DNA from: Rhodosorus marinus CCMP1338
Lineage: Eukaryota; Plantae; Rhodophyta
Reading direction: 5' to 3'
NCBI GenBank assembly: GCA_029953675.1
Contig: JAMWBK010000003.1
Span: forward strand, 1,302,001 to 1,366,000
Length of the DNA: 64,000 nt
Position 1 is the stretch's first letter, and each line of letters opens with the position of its first letter. Under the pieces are notes generated by a model. It searched no databases and was not told the DNA's origin. It saw nothing but the letters and a program-made list of their open reading frames with translations. Shown here in pieces: positions 44,972 to 57,100 of the stretch. The translations under genes and the position numbers were made by a program.

Positions 44972-45587
44972 GGTTCACAGTGGCGGTTGCATTGATGCAG
45001 AAAGTTCATCTTGCTAAGAAAGTACAGGCAGATGTTCGGGCATGGGCATTCCCAGCAGCCGGGGTTGAGGTTGAGCAGGCCGAAGCTCGCCATGGGGTTG
45101 AAGAACCTGTAGCCCACATTCAGGTTGAGGTTCAGGAGGCCGGACCAGGGGTTCAGGTTGAGGTTCCCGGAGGCTGGATTGAGGGGCACTTAACCCGCGT
45201 TCAAGTTGAGGGGGCTGAAGCCGGGGTTGAGGTTGAGCACACCGAAGCTCGCCGTGAGGTTGAAGAGTCTGTAGCCCACATTCAGGTTGAGGTTCCCGGA
45301 GGCTGGATTGAGGGGCACTTCACCCGCGTTCAAGTTGAAGGGGCTGAAACCGGGGTTGAGGTTGAGCAGGCCGGAGCTCGCCGTGGGGTTGTAGAGCCCG
45401 TTACCCGCGCTGAGGTTGAGATCCCGTAGCCCGCGTTCAAGTTGAGGAGTCCGGAGCCGGGGTTGAGGTTGACGAGGCTGGAGCAGGCGTTGAGGTTGAG
45501 GAGTACGTAGCCGGCGCTGAAGTTGCCGTACAGTTCGTTGGAATTTCGGACAAGAGAGCATATTTTCAACAACTTCAACTAGAGTGA
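44972..45587 (+). pseudogene. Decapitated paralogue of the secreted repeat protein at 31517
   Basis: GGTTCACAGTGGCGGTTGCATTGATGCAGAAAGTTCATCTTGC aligns with GGTTCACGATGGCGGTTCCATTGATGGAGAAAATTCATCTTGC (31557). It has different V/E/G-rich repeats and a frameshift near 45425. Confidence 0.7.
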
Positions 45588-45714
45588 ATCTGGTAACCAA
45601 CTCTGCTCGCTTATTCTAGAAATGTCGCGCGAGCTTAAACGGCTGCTATAGTTATCCTCATAAAATACTCAGATTCTTAGAAATACATATCGCACGAACA
45701 CTGGACTAGAGTTG

Positions 45715-46000
45715 GTGACATGGTTGAAGTGGACGAGGAACTGCCGCGATCAGCCTCGGCTGGCGCCGCCCCGCTTTGCATTGCAGATCTTCTGGTCGCA
45801 GACGTCGCCGCTTGACGCGCAGTATTTGGATCTTGCTGTCACTTGCGCGACATTCCCTTTTATTCAGAGCCCTATCTGCAACTTGCCCCATGTAAAATAC
45901 CTATCTTCCATCTAGCGCCCTACGCCTGGGTGCAGCAACTTCACCAACTGAAGGAACGACGGCATGCCGAGAGCATGGCCAGCACTCCATCAATTGAGTG
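45715..46000 (+). mobile_element. Highly degenerate B-like RLE remnant
   Basis: MVEVDEELPRS...CIADLLVAD...DLAVTC...KERRHAESMAS. Confidence 0.7.
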
Positions 46001-46539
46001 GCACTCCCGCCTGGAAGGGTACCACATAAAGGAATACGAGTACTAAAAGTACGAACAAGTGTAAAAAGTAAATAAAAAGTATAAAAAAGTATAAAAACGA
46101 GGTTAGCTTACCCTGGGCTCACGTAAGTCTGGCGTCCAACAATATAGCAGCATTTGAACTCCCGAGATTCAAATAAAGCTCTGTGGAGAGGCTATCCAGA
46201 CGCCCAGGGCCGCAACAAAAGAGTGCAAGAAGCTAACTAGAATCCACAAGATGCGCTGCTTATGCCTGAATTCTGGCGCAAATGGTCTCCTTTCCCGATC
46301 AACTCGGAGTTGCACCGTGCGCCTCTAGGTCTCTCGTGTTACTTTTTGGAGGCAGCCACACACTTCTGTGGCTGTTTCCCAAGTTTTTCGGCTTTTTGGG
46401 GGACTAGCGCGGGTGTTTTTCAGTGTTTCCTGGGCTGGCTTCGAATTCGAGCAAGTCAGTCATCAATTGTGGGTTTTACATGGCTGCGTGTTCTCGCTTG
46501 CGATGCAGCAGACGGAGCTCTTGGCTCCCTCAGGAGCGG

Positions 46540-47205
46540 ACAGGAATTCGAGATTTAACCTGTGCGGCGGCTCAGTGCCTTCCGGTGATTTTGGTGGGCA
46601 CTTGTTGGCATCTTGTCCGCAGGTCCAAGGAGCCCGGACTCAACGCCATACGCGGCTCTACCGCTTGCTGTTCCGCTATCTTCGTTCTGAGGTGATGGTG
46701 GGCGGGCACGGACCGAGAGGTGGAGTATGAGGCCCCCCTGCCGGTGACAACGGTAATTGCTGAAGCGGTTGACGTAGTGCCGGGTGGCGGACCTCGTGGT
46801 CATTGATTTGAGTGCTCGCGAGAGTGAGTATATCGACCTTTCTATCAATTTTCCACAGGCTACCAGGTACTTGCCAGCGTCTGCTCGACGCCGAGACGGT
46901 GCAGCTCGGTCAATGCGGCAACTGAGGGAATCCCAGTACGCTGCGGCTATGTTAGACTCTACGCTTCGCGATTCGGCATTGTCCTACCGGTTGTTCCACT
47001 TATCATCGAGTGCTTCGGTTTAGTTGATAGTGTGTGTTCTCGTTGGCTTGGTGCGCTCTTTCGGAAAAACCCAGGGCGTCTTGATAGCCTGGTCACGGAG
47101 CTGCCCTTGACCCTGAAGCGTCCAACGCTGCTTTTTTGTTGGGCGCCCGTCATCTGCGTCTTGTTTCTCGCTTCCCGGGTAGTTAGGCTCTAATAAACCG
47201 ACGAT
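46540..47205 (+). mobile_element. Degenerate C-related family F 3' region
   Basis: DFGGHLLASCP...RHTRL...VADLVVID...; distinct 3' UTR CTCGCTTCYCRGGTAGTTAGGCTCT also seen at 48470-48510 and 21826-21876. Confidence 0.72.
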
Positions 47206-47224
47206 GCAGTGGGGCCTAATAACA

Positions 47225-47650
47225 TCGCGTCCCCGTCGTCTGGTAGTACCGAAGCACGTGCCGTTTTGTCGGCGGTGACTAGCTTGGTCGCAACCGCCGG
47301 GGAGAAAGGAGCTCTCTCGCAGCTCACCGAGCGCCTGGGAGCGCTGGAGTCCAGTCTGACGAGGAGCCCGAGTTTAACCGTGTAGAGCGTGGCCACGGCG
47401 GCGACCGGACGGAAGGTCAGTCAACGTGCGGGAGTCAGTCAAAATTCCCGTGTCCCGGGACAACTGCGTTTGGCGGTTCCGGCGCGGGGCAGCGTGAGAG
47501 TCCCGAGTGGCCCCGGGGGCCCTGGCCGGGTCTCAGCTCTCGAAGGCTGGCGGTGATCACGGTGGAGGGCAGGCAGGGCGATGTGCGGACTCCATCAGTA
47601 AAGAGCGGTCGTGGAGAGGACGGAGGAACCCCCGTTGGCGAGAAAGTTCT
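47225..47650 (+). mobile_element. B-like ORF1 N-terminal remnant
   Basis: ARAVLSAVTSLVATAGEKGALSQLTERLGALES aligns with B1 ARALISAVTSLITAASDPGVLPQLTQKLGGLES. Confidence 0.65.
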
Positions 47651-48109
47651 CCACGTACGCCGTCACATGGGCAGGCGGTTCCTCTGCGGAGCAATGCCAA
47701 GAAGGCTGGTCAGTTTCGGGACAAGCGTGTACACTTCGTCGCAGTTGAGACTGACAATGGTGCTGAATACGCCCACGCGCGGTTCCACGAGCTGAGAGAC
47801 GGCAGTGCCAGCAACCTGAAGGGGTCTGGAAACCTCAAACATCACGAAAAAAAAAAAATTGTGGCGAGGAAAACTCTCACCACAAAAGCGCCGCAAAAAT
47901 CTACGAATACCCAACTCAAAGTACCGGAAAAACAACACCACAACCCGGAATGAGAGAAAGCACGCAACCCCAGACCAACCACACACCCACAAAAAACCGG
48001 GAGAATGACGACCGAAGGCAGCGCCTCCTCCGCCGCCTCCCACGAGAAAACACTATGGCAGCCAAAAAACAGCCGACCCAACACCATACATCGTCTAGAA
48101 CCCAAACTG

Positions 48110-48515
48110 GATTGTTGAATGGATTTGTTTAACTTTAGACTTAAAGAAAACCCCCGAGGGGAAAGAAAAGACTAAGCGCGCCGAAGATCGCGCGCCCCAA
48201 TATCAAACCAGCGTTCACACGCCACAGCAAGAAACTTAAACAGGTAAACAACGAGGACAGACGGTCATGGCGTTCGCGGAACACTCCCCGAAGCCAATAA
48301 TAACCAACAGAATCCAGAAACCCAAAGCCATGAAGAGAGGTACCAGGGGGTGAGCTGAAGCCCAAGCACGAATGCCAGGTCGTCTTGATAGCCTCCTCAC
48401 GGAGCTGTCCTTGACTTTGTGCCGTTCCAACGCTGCTTTATTGTTGGACGCGCGTCATCAGGTCTCGTTTCTCGCTTCTCAGGGTAGTTAGGCTCTGAAT
48501 ATACGGATCATCAAT
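48110..48515. mobile_element. Back-to-back degenerate 3' ends: C-like (minus, 48110-48365) and F (plus, 48366-48515)
   Basis: The minus strand gives FLLWRVNAGLILG and a TCCCCTCGGGG UTR; the plus strand ends in the F tail GGATCATC. Confidence 0.68.
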
Positions 48516-48574
48516 GCCTGGTGAAGAAAAAGCCCACCCCCCAATATTTCAACTCTTTGCGATGTCTCATATGG

Positions 48575-51500
48575 ACTGGACTTTACTAGCATAGCCTGAA
48601 GCGCTACGCAAGGCGTGAAGATGAACTAAAACCTAGGGAGGGAAGCATGCAACCCCAAGGCGCCGATGGCGCGCCTCGGAAAGCATGTGGCTGCCGTAGT
48701 AACGAGGCCTCCGAATAGAATTTCCAGATGATATCTCGTCATCGTGTCCGCCTCTCGTGCAATAGTTCTTCCAAACTGGTAGGCTAAACATCTTAGAGCG
48801 TAGTCGAGCCGTGTTTCCGCGCAGAACCTGAACAGGGCGACTTGTGTGTTGAGCTCCTGTGGGGATAGTTTCGCGATTTCTTCGAACAGTTTCTCGTGCT
48901 TACTTTGTAGCGCCCTGCACTCCTGTTGGATGTAATGTCGGCTGCCTATCGGGATGGAATATATAGTAACTCCTTCTCTGGTCACTTGTACCCCAGGAAT
49001 CTCACGATTGACCACTCGCGTTGTAGTCAGTGTTCGCCCGTACACTGGGCACTTGCCGAGTTGCAACCTTGCTCCTAGTGCAGGAGGGACGGTTTTCCCC
49101 CATGCTACGGATTCCTTTAAGGCTTTTAGCGGCCCCACAATGGTGATATCATCGTGAATAGCGACGATCGTTTCATTGGGTAACTTGGTCGCAACGCCCT
49201 TAGGAAGGGCGCCAGGGATAGGGCATGCAGAACCGGGCCCAGTGGGTCACCCTGTTGAACTCCGGTTGCTGCTTGCAGCGTAGGGCGGGAAGTTTGGGTC
49301 TGCCCATGCGGAGTTCGCCAACCACAGAGCGTGGGTGTATCCATGTCGTCGCTTCCGTAACCGAGTCTACATCCTGCCACCAGCTCTGGGAAGTGTTTGT
49401 CGACAAGTTTATTGGCCACGCGTCGATCAATGCGGTTAAATGCATTCTCCAGGTCAAGCCTGAGGACCGCTGAATCAGGTTCGCATGAAAAGTGGGCCTG
49501 GATCGCATGTAGCGAGCGTTCACACCCGCCGCTGACGCCAATACCGAGTTGTAGTGGTACCAGGAGCTCAAGCACCCGGTCGACTACAGCGCGAAGGGCC
49601 CACTGCGTCGCTATCTTTCGTAGAACCTCTGGTACGCCGATGGGCCGAACGCCGGGGTTTTCCTGGGGTGCGGATCCTTGCTTTGGCTTCCGGAATGGTA
49701 GGAGTCAGCTGCTGCGAAGGGCGCGAGTCAGAGTCGGGCCCTTCGCGACTTTCTCCGGAGCGGTTGCGAGTTGTCGAAGTACTCGAATCAATGCCACTTG
49801 TGTATGTTGAGTGGCACCTTGTATGTGTTCCGCTCGGAGTCCGCTAGGGCCTGGGCTCTTGCCCTGAGGGAGACGTGCCACAATCGACAGGAGGCCCTCG
49901 TCAACTGCCTTTGTTGGATCCCACCTGTGCTTAAGGGCGTCGGTATCCAGGTTGAGCAAGAAGTTCAGCTCTTGGGCGATCTCGTCAGGTAGGTCCCCCC
50001 CGGCCGGGTCGGGAAAGAGCGCTTTGAGTTGGCGCCAGGTAACCTCAGTTAAAGGTGCCATGTCGGTGGCCTGTAGTCGACGGGCAGCATCTGAGAGTCG
50101 CCCCAAATGTGCTAGCTTCAAAGCTTGCTTGTGGCGCCCCAGAATTTGGCGTCGAACGGCGTCGGCTCCTTCCATTGCGATGGTATGCGGCAGCGTAGAC
50201 GCCTTGTCTTCTAGCGCGCTCCATACCGTAGAGAATTCTCCTTCAAGTACGTGCGCTGCCTGAGTGCCAGGATCAAGTGCAGAGTGTCCAAGCACGAGGC
50301 CGGGAAGTCCGACAAGAAGCAGGCTGGCGTTCGGTGGTGCGGTGCTGTCCATGGCAAGCTCTAGTGCCGCACGGAGAAGGCGGCTCCACGTGTTGACTTG
50401 GGCGCGTGGCACGAATCGCCGTGTGGGCACCGGGCAGTGTGTAAGACGCTTCCACTGCCTGCATCCTTCCGTCACGTCGTCGACGAAGTCGCTCCACCGT
50501 TTAATCCAGTCTTGACGATCCGAGAAGAACCGAGGCTCGTCGCGGCGTCGTTTGATTCCCCGACCTCCGCTTGGCATTATTGCGATGTGTTTTCCTGGCG
50601 ATCCTGCGTGTCCATTGCGTGTTGGTTGGCGTGAGTATCCGCCTGGCTCACATTCGTATTCTGCGGGGTCTCCATTGATACCGGGGTGTATCTGGTCCGG
50701 GGCCGACAGCGGTTGCTCGCTGTCGCTTCTGTTGAGGTGGCTCCGGAAGGTTGCAGGGGAGTTCTGCGTGGGGATTGTCCTCGCGGTCAGTCTCCGCCGG
50801 TACTTGAGATGTTGCCCCGGGTTCACCCTGAGTGTCAACAATCCCACGGGCTGCCTGTGCGTCACCCTGAGGGGACGAGACTTCAGTGTCTGAGCTCGTT
50901 GCGGCTGCAGGCTCTTGGGGTTCCGCGCTCTCCCCCGGGTACCGCGGGCGGAGATTGTCTTGCTTTGAGGAATTCCAGTCGTGCCTCAAGATACTCGTGG
51001 AGCGCTGCGAGAGTATTGAAGGAGAGAAGCCGCCTGCGGATCCTCGAACGAATCCGGATAAGCTGTTCGATGGCCCGCTTCAGAGTCTGGGCCGCAATAT
51101 CTGATGGGGCAATACCTTGGCGTTCTAGGTAGCCCAGCAGGTTGTTAGGCTCCAGAATTTCGCCAGTGTACAGGCTCACTTGACGATCCGCGTGTCGCAG
51201 GGTAAAGGATCCGAAAATCCCTGTTCGTAAAACTCCCGGAGAAATCGCGCTTTGTAGAATCGGGATCGCATCTGGATGGCAGAGCAGGCAGGCATGGAAT
51301 GCAATGAAGTCCGCATGCGCCACATAGGAGCTGGGAATCCCCAGTGCTCTGCAAAGAACCTTTTCAAAGCCCGCGGGGGCCACCTCATCCATCCTGGGGG
51401 GTCGCACGTTCCGTAGGGCCGGTGTGACGTCGGGTCCCCAGCCTGACCCCCCGACCGTTGGGTGCAATTGCCGCAGAGCTGCCTACTGGGTCTGTGGTCC

Positions 51501-53216
51501 TGGGCGTGCAACAGTTCGGGATCGAGCATCTCCTCTTCCTGGGGGCGGGCTGAGCTGCGAAATCAGCATACGTTGGCCTGGCATTGCCGTTCCCAATGGC
51601 TGGGAAGGCCTCTGCATACTGCACAGGATCGAGGACACCTGTCTCTCCCTGGGGCGCATGGAGGCGGGTTCCTAAATCTTGGGCGCCTTGTCCTTGTCTG
51701 GTTATATCTGGGTATCCCCATCCCCAGATCTCCGGTCCGGTCCGAGATTTGAATTTGCTGCTGTCGTTGCGTAACGGCCCTGTTGATCTCCTGTTGCTGT
51801 CCCTGTGGGGAGGGAGAATTCTCGTTTCCCTGGCCCCAAGTCCACGTCTGGGGTGAGTCTGCTAGCTGGTAGAGGCATCGAGTGACACCAGTGAGGTCGC
51901 TGGTGCTCCCAATGCGGGAGTACAACTTAAAGATCGCCTTGTAGAACTCCTGGACGGCTGCTTCCCCAATGCCCACACCATGAGAAAACTGGTCACAGGT
52001 GCGCAGCTGTTGCATGAAAGAGGCGGCTGGATCATTGGTGGCATCAGTCTCATTCCTGCTCCCCGCCTGCGTAACGTCTTCTGCTGGTGTCGATGTCCTT
52101 GGTTGCTGCTCTGCTCCCAGAGCGCGGTGCTGTAGTGCATGTAACACTTCCATGGGCCCCGGTGCCGGTGAACCGGGGATGAGAATTGGCTCTGGGTACG
52201 GCCCCCGCACCTCCCGCACTATCATATTTCTCTGCTTTCCCAATTCCAAGTTGGCTCCACGCCAACCCCAGAGCTTAGCCGAAAGCTCGCCAAGATACGA
52301 AGCGCGGTGGCCCAGGAGTGTAACTGCCTCTAAAAAGTAACACGAGACACCTAGCGCTCCGAAAATCACCAGAAACGCCTCCCAAAAACTCAAAACCTTT
52401 CACCATGTACGCTTTGCTGAAGAGCTCCCTATTGGAGCCATTAAGAAGCAATAAGGATTCCATTGGTCAGTAAAGAAACCCTTGCTGGGTTGTTTTTGCC
52501 CCCTTGGCCGTACGATATGGGTTCGTCGTGCCCTCTCTGCTCTCAGACTGAAGACAACGCAGATTTCACGCCCATCTGCTCGCTAGTTGCCCGGCGGTGA
52601 AAGGAGCTCGAACCAGCCGCCATACACGGATCTTGAACCTGTTATACCGGGAACTTCGGCCTATAGTCCGGCAAGCCGGTCTGGAAATCGAACGTGAGAA
52701 ACCTTTACCCGTCGCGGACTTTCAAAATGATGAACGCCGTGTAGCCGACCTGGTGATCACCTGTGACGACAGCCGCCGTACCACATACGTTGATCTTGCT
52801 GTTCCTAACCCTCAAGCTAGTCGTTATCTCCCGGCTGCGGGGGAGCGCCGTGGATCTGCCGCCGCCAGCATGAGACGCCGCAAAGAGATCAAATACGCGG
52901 GGGCTTTGTCTTCCCCTGGTGTTCGTGCTTCGGCACTAGCACATCGCTTGGTACCCCTGATCATTGAGTGCTTTGGGTTCATGGACTCTGTTGGTTCTCG
53001 CTGGCTTCGGGAGTTGTTCCGCGAACGCCCTGACCGTCTTCAATCGTTATTTACCCGCTTAAGTTTCCTGCTGTGGCGCATGAATGCCGCTTTGATGTAA
53101 CCATTCGTTCGTTCGATGTTGGAGGCGCCAGTTCTTCGCCGCACTTAGTCTTTTTTTCCCCTCGGGGTTTTTTCTTTCAGCCTCCGATTAAACCATTCGT
53201 TCGATGGGTTGTGTGC
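48575..53216 (-). mobile_element. Long family A element, minus strand, whose 3' end is replaced by a B tail
   Basis: ORF1 ATG 52225 (MIVREVRGPYPEP, frameshifted), TAATG at 50579-50575, ORF2 with RPIGVPE, GVQQGDPLGP, AIHDD; switches to the B 3' end near 48690; 5' end preceded by a telomere-like repeat. Confidence 0.9.
52499..53204 (+). mobile_element. Family C 3' fragment inserted in the 5' UTR of the minus-strand A element
   Basis: TGGGTTGT at 52486-52493 and 53205-53212 (probable TSD, with a few filler bases). Confidence 0.88.
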
Positions 53217-53231
53217 AACCCCAGACCAACG
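53217..53231 (-). repeat. Telomere-like repeat (one mismatch) at the 5' junction of the minus-strand A element
   Basis: Reverse complement CGTTGGTCTGGGGTT. Confidence 0.6.
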
Positions 53232-54126
53232 CTCTAATCTGTCCTTGAGTCTCGGGTGTTGGGGTTCTGGTTGCTGGAGGACAGATGATTGATTGATGGT
53301 GTCCGTTCGGACGACTACCGCAAACTGCTGAACGATTTGAAATATCCCTGATCGGGAGTTATCACCCTAAAGTGACGTACGAACGCTGCTTTGATGTTGG
53401 AGGCGCGCGATCTTCGCCGCGCATAGTCTGTTTTTCCCCTCAGGGTTTTTTCTTTCAGTCTCTGATCAAACCGATTCTATCAACAGGAGAAAAAACAAGA
53501 GTACAGGAGATCGCGCGCCTAGTCTTTCCAACATCGGAGGAGTATTCCTAGGTGAAAGTAGATATCTATCCAAACCAGTGAACGACAAGAAAAGCCGATC
53601 TGATCGCTCGCGGAACACTTCGCGGAGCCCAAGGGAACAAGCCAAAATCGAAACCGTCAAATTGCCAAGGATACCAGACGATGGGCTGAATAAGAAGCTC
53701 GGCTTCCCGGAGTAAACCATATTTCTTGCTATTTGGCTTCTTTGTCAAGTCTCATCTTGGCAGTTGTCAGCTCCACGGCGCATTATTGTCCGTTTTAGTT
53801 TAGTTAACGAAAACAGTCAAAGGTCTAGAATGACACGAGACCAGCGTACTAGATACATGCGGAAGGATCATTCACAAAAAGAGTCGGGAGCCATGAAGGC
53901 TTTCCTCGACACATCCGCTAGGAAACAGTAAAACCACCGGCTTACTAGATACAAAGGCTTCCCTCCATGTACCAGAGGTGTACCAGAGGAGATTTGCAAA
54001 TTACAGCTACACGATACGAGCTTGTTGTTCACAGAAATGCTCGGCTGCCTTTTACCGCTCTAAGAAAGATTAGTTATATGCGTTCAGAGATAGGCAACTT
54101 CTTCACGCTGGGCACAGGGTCGTTGC

Positions 54127-57100
54127 TTAGCCGGAGGCCTCAATTTTTACGAACACGGGGGGTTTCTTCAGAATATACTGGAAATTTGAGTTGGTAACAG
54201 TAATGGTACTCGCGTTAGTCTCGCTCGAGGAGAGGAGTACCGCCCCGTAGTTGAAATGAGTCGTCTTCTTGGGATAAATATCGTCGAGAGATACATTGCT
54301 CGACTCCTTGACGCTAACCACCGTGGATGTCGGTACGCCACCCTTTACCCTCACCTTCTGCATCGAAAAGTTGTTAACGTTATGGATTGAAACGACACTG
54401 GTTGTTGTTGTTGCATTGACGATGTTCAGGTCTGAAAACGTCACATTGCTCAAGTAGAACATGTACACGGGATCTTGGACCCTAGTCGCCGTGACGTTCA
54501 CGACTGTGACATTGGAATGTCCAAAATCATTGAGCTCCGTGACGACGGCGTACGCACTATCTTCGGCGTAGATGTTGCTCGCCCAAATATTATGATTCAC
54601 CTGATCTGGGTGACCGTGATCTTGGATAACCATTCCGTATCGGCAATTGTATGCCTGCACATTCTCAACAGTAACGTCCTGCGAACCATCGGTAACTTCC
54701 ACAGCTCCGTACTGAGCCGTTCCACTCGAGTTCCCATCCGAGGCTGTAATAGGGCAGTTCTCTGCGACAACATTTTCAATGGTAATGTTATAGGTCTTTG
54801 TCAGGCCCAAGTTGCCGGCCTTCCTCTCCACTGAGGCCACCCTGCTGGAAGCCCACCCTGCGTTTGACCTTCTGCCGCCGACTCTTGAGCACCCTTCCTC
54901 CCCTCGCCCTGTCTCCGAGGCTCGTGACACCGACATGGCAGAAGCACCATCGGCCTCTCCGAATCCGCTGGCTCTGGACACCCTCAGTCAAGACTCCGCT
55001 GCTGAAAACCCTGTGTCTACTTTCTTCAGGTCTTTTAGTTCCTTCGTGCGCCCTCCACGTGAGCGTCGTGCGGCTCCTGAGCCTCCCTCCGAGGCACCTC
55101 CTCCGGATATTCGATCTGCCTTCCCGACTGAGGGGAGGCCCGATGTCTGAGTCTTCCTCCTCCGCGTGCGTGTCGTCCCGGTTACCCCTGTTTACCAGTG
55201 ACCGCTCAGCCTGGCATGAGCGTGTTCTCTCGTGGTTTTCGCACCTTGTCGCCTCCTACCCGGACGGTTCCCTTCCCCTTTGTCGTCAGAGCACGGCCGT
55301 ACGGCTCCCTCGTCGACTTCATAAGCCCCTAGGATTGGTGTTGGATTTTCTCTGGCAGCAGGTCGCCGCGAACCCTCACTGCTCTCTTCGCTGGGAACTC
55401 TTGTTCTTTTTTCCCCGCCTCGTGCTCACCTCCTCTACCGTCCCCCTCAACCCACATCCTCGCCGGGTCCACCCTCGCCGAAAACTGCAAATGTTCCTTT
55501 CCGGCGACTTTGAGGACTTCGAACGTCTTTATTTCGCTTCTCTCTCTTCCTTTTCTCCTAGTGCTTCCTCAGCTTTTAGGTCTTCTCGACAGAATCGGGC
55601 GCGTCACACGGTGGCAGGCGGTGATCTGCGGCGGGCAGCCGGGATCCTCCAGCAGCGGCAACCTGTGGTTCCATACTCCGATGATCTTTCTTCACCGCTC
55701 CGTTTGCTCTTTCCCTCGGAAGGCTCCCCTTGGGACTCCTCGTTTGAATCAGTGTTGGAAGAGTACCGCGCCGCGCCACATCCCAGTGCGCGGTTAGCGG
55801 TCAATCTGGAGGCGGTGCGTGAGTTGGTTCATGATGCTCCGAAGGGCCGTTCCCCAGGGCCCTCGGGGCTGCGGGTGGAATATCTCCGTTTCTTAAGTGA
55901 TGAAGGTTTGAAGGCGTTGGCGTGGGTGGTCGAAGCGCTTGTGAATGGTGATCCCCTGTGTGAGTGTGCGTGGTTCTTGGTCGGGCGTTCGCAGTTGTGT
56001 CTGCTTTCGAAGCCCGGCCACACGGCCTCGAGCCCTGCTATTCGCCCTATTGGCCTGGTTGAGGTGGTCCGCAAATTGGCGGCGCGATGGTTAGTGAAAA
56101 TCCTGGTTCCCGAATCCCGCCGTTTCTTTGGGCACGTGCAGTTAGGCGTGGGCTATCGTGGTGGCTGTGAGTTGTTGTCTGTTTTACTCCGTTCGGAAAT
56201 GGCGTACTCCCCAGATTCTGGGCTCCTCTCTGTAGATTTTACCAATGCGTTCAACCGCGTCTCTCGTCCGGCTCTCATGCACGTGGTGCGCGAAGTCTTC
56301 CCTGTAGGCTTTCCCTTTGTTAGTAGACTTTATTCTCCGCTTGGTCGTGGGGCTACCTATGACACCCTTGGCGCTTCCTCACACACGTTTGCGGCGCGCA
56401 CAGGGGTACAACAGGGTGATCCCTTGTCCCCTTTCCTACATGCCTGTGGACTACAACTCGTCTTGCTTTGTCTTCGCTCCGAATTCCCGCAGGTTCGTAC
56501 GGTTGCATACCACGACGACGTGTGCCTCCTGGGGCCCCTGATACTCTAGCACTCGCTTATGATCGTCTCCGCTCCTTGGCTTCGCGGGTTGACCTGGAGG
56601 TTAATCATCACAAATCGTTCTACTGGGGAGGTGTAGCTGCACAAGAGCAGCAGGTACCTGCGTCGTTCCAGGATATTTGGAGACCGGATGGTTTTGTCCA
56701 CTTAGGCATCCCCTACGGGTCGCCGTCCTTCGTTGAAGGCGAGTTGCTGCAGCTCCTCGGTAAGCACAGACAGCTGGTTGCAGAGCTTCGACGGCTACCT
56801 CCGGGCTTTCTCCAGTGCTCGTTGTTGCTGTTTCGGTATTGTTGCAGTCAGCGGTTAACCTATTGGCTTCGCTCACTTCCAACTCATTGGGGCCGGTGGT
56901 TGGCCACTCGTGCGGATGCTGAAAGTTTCCGTGACCTGGGGTATTTTCTCGATGAAGAGCTGAGCGCTCTGCCGCGACCCACCTGTGATGTTGTGCGCGC
57001 CCAGGTAGGCCTCCCATTGCGATTGGGGGACTGGGCCTCTGCAATCGTGTTGTGGTCCAACCTGCAGCCGCAGTAGGGGCCTGGGGAACCGCACTTCCCA

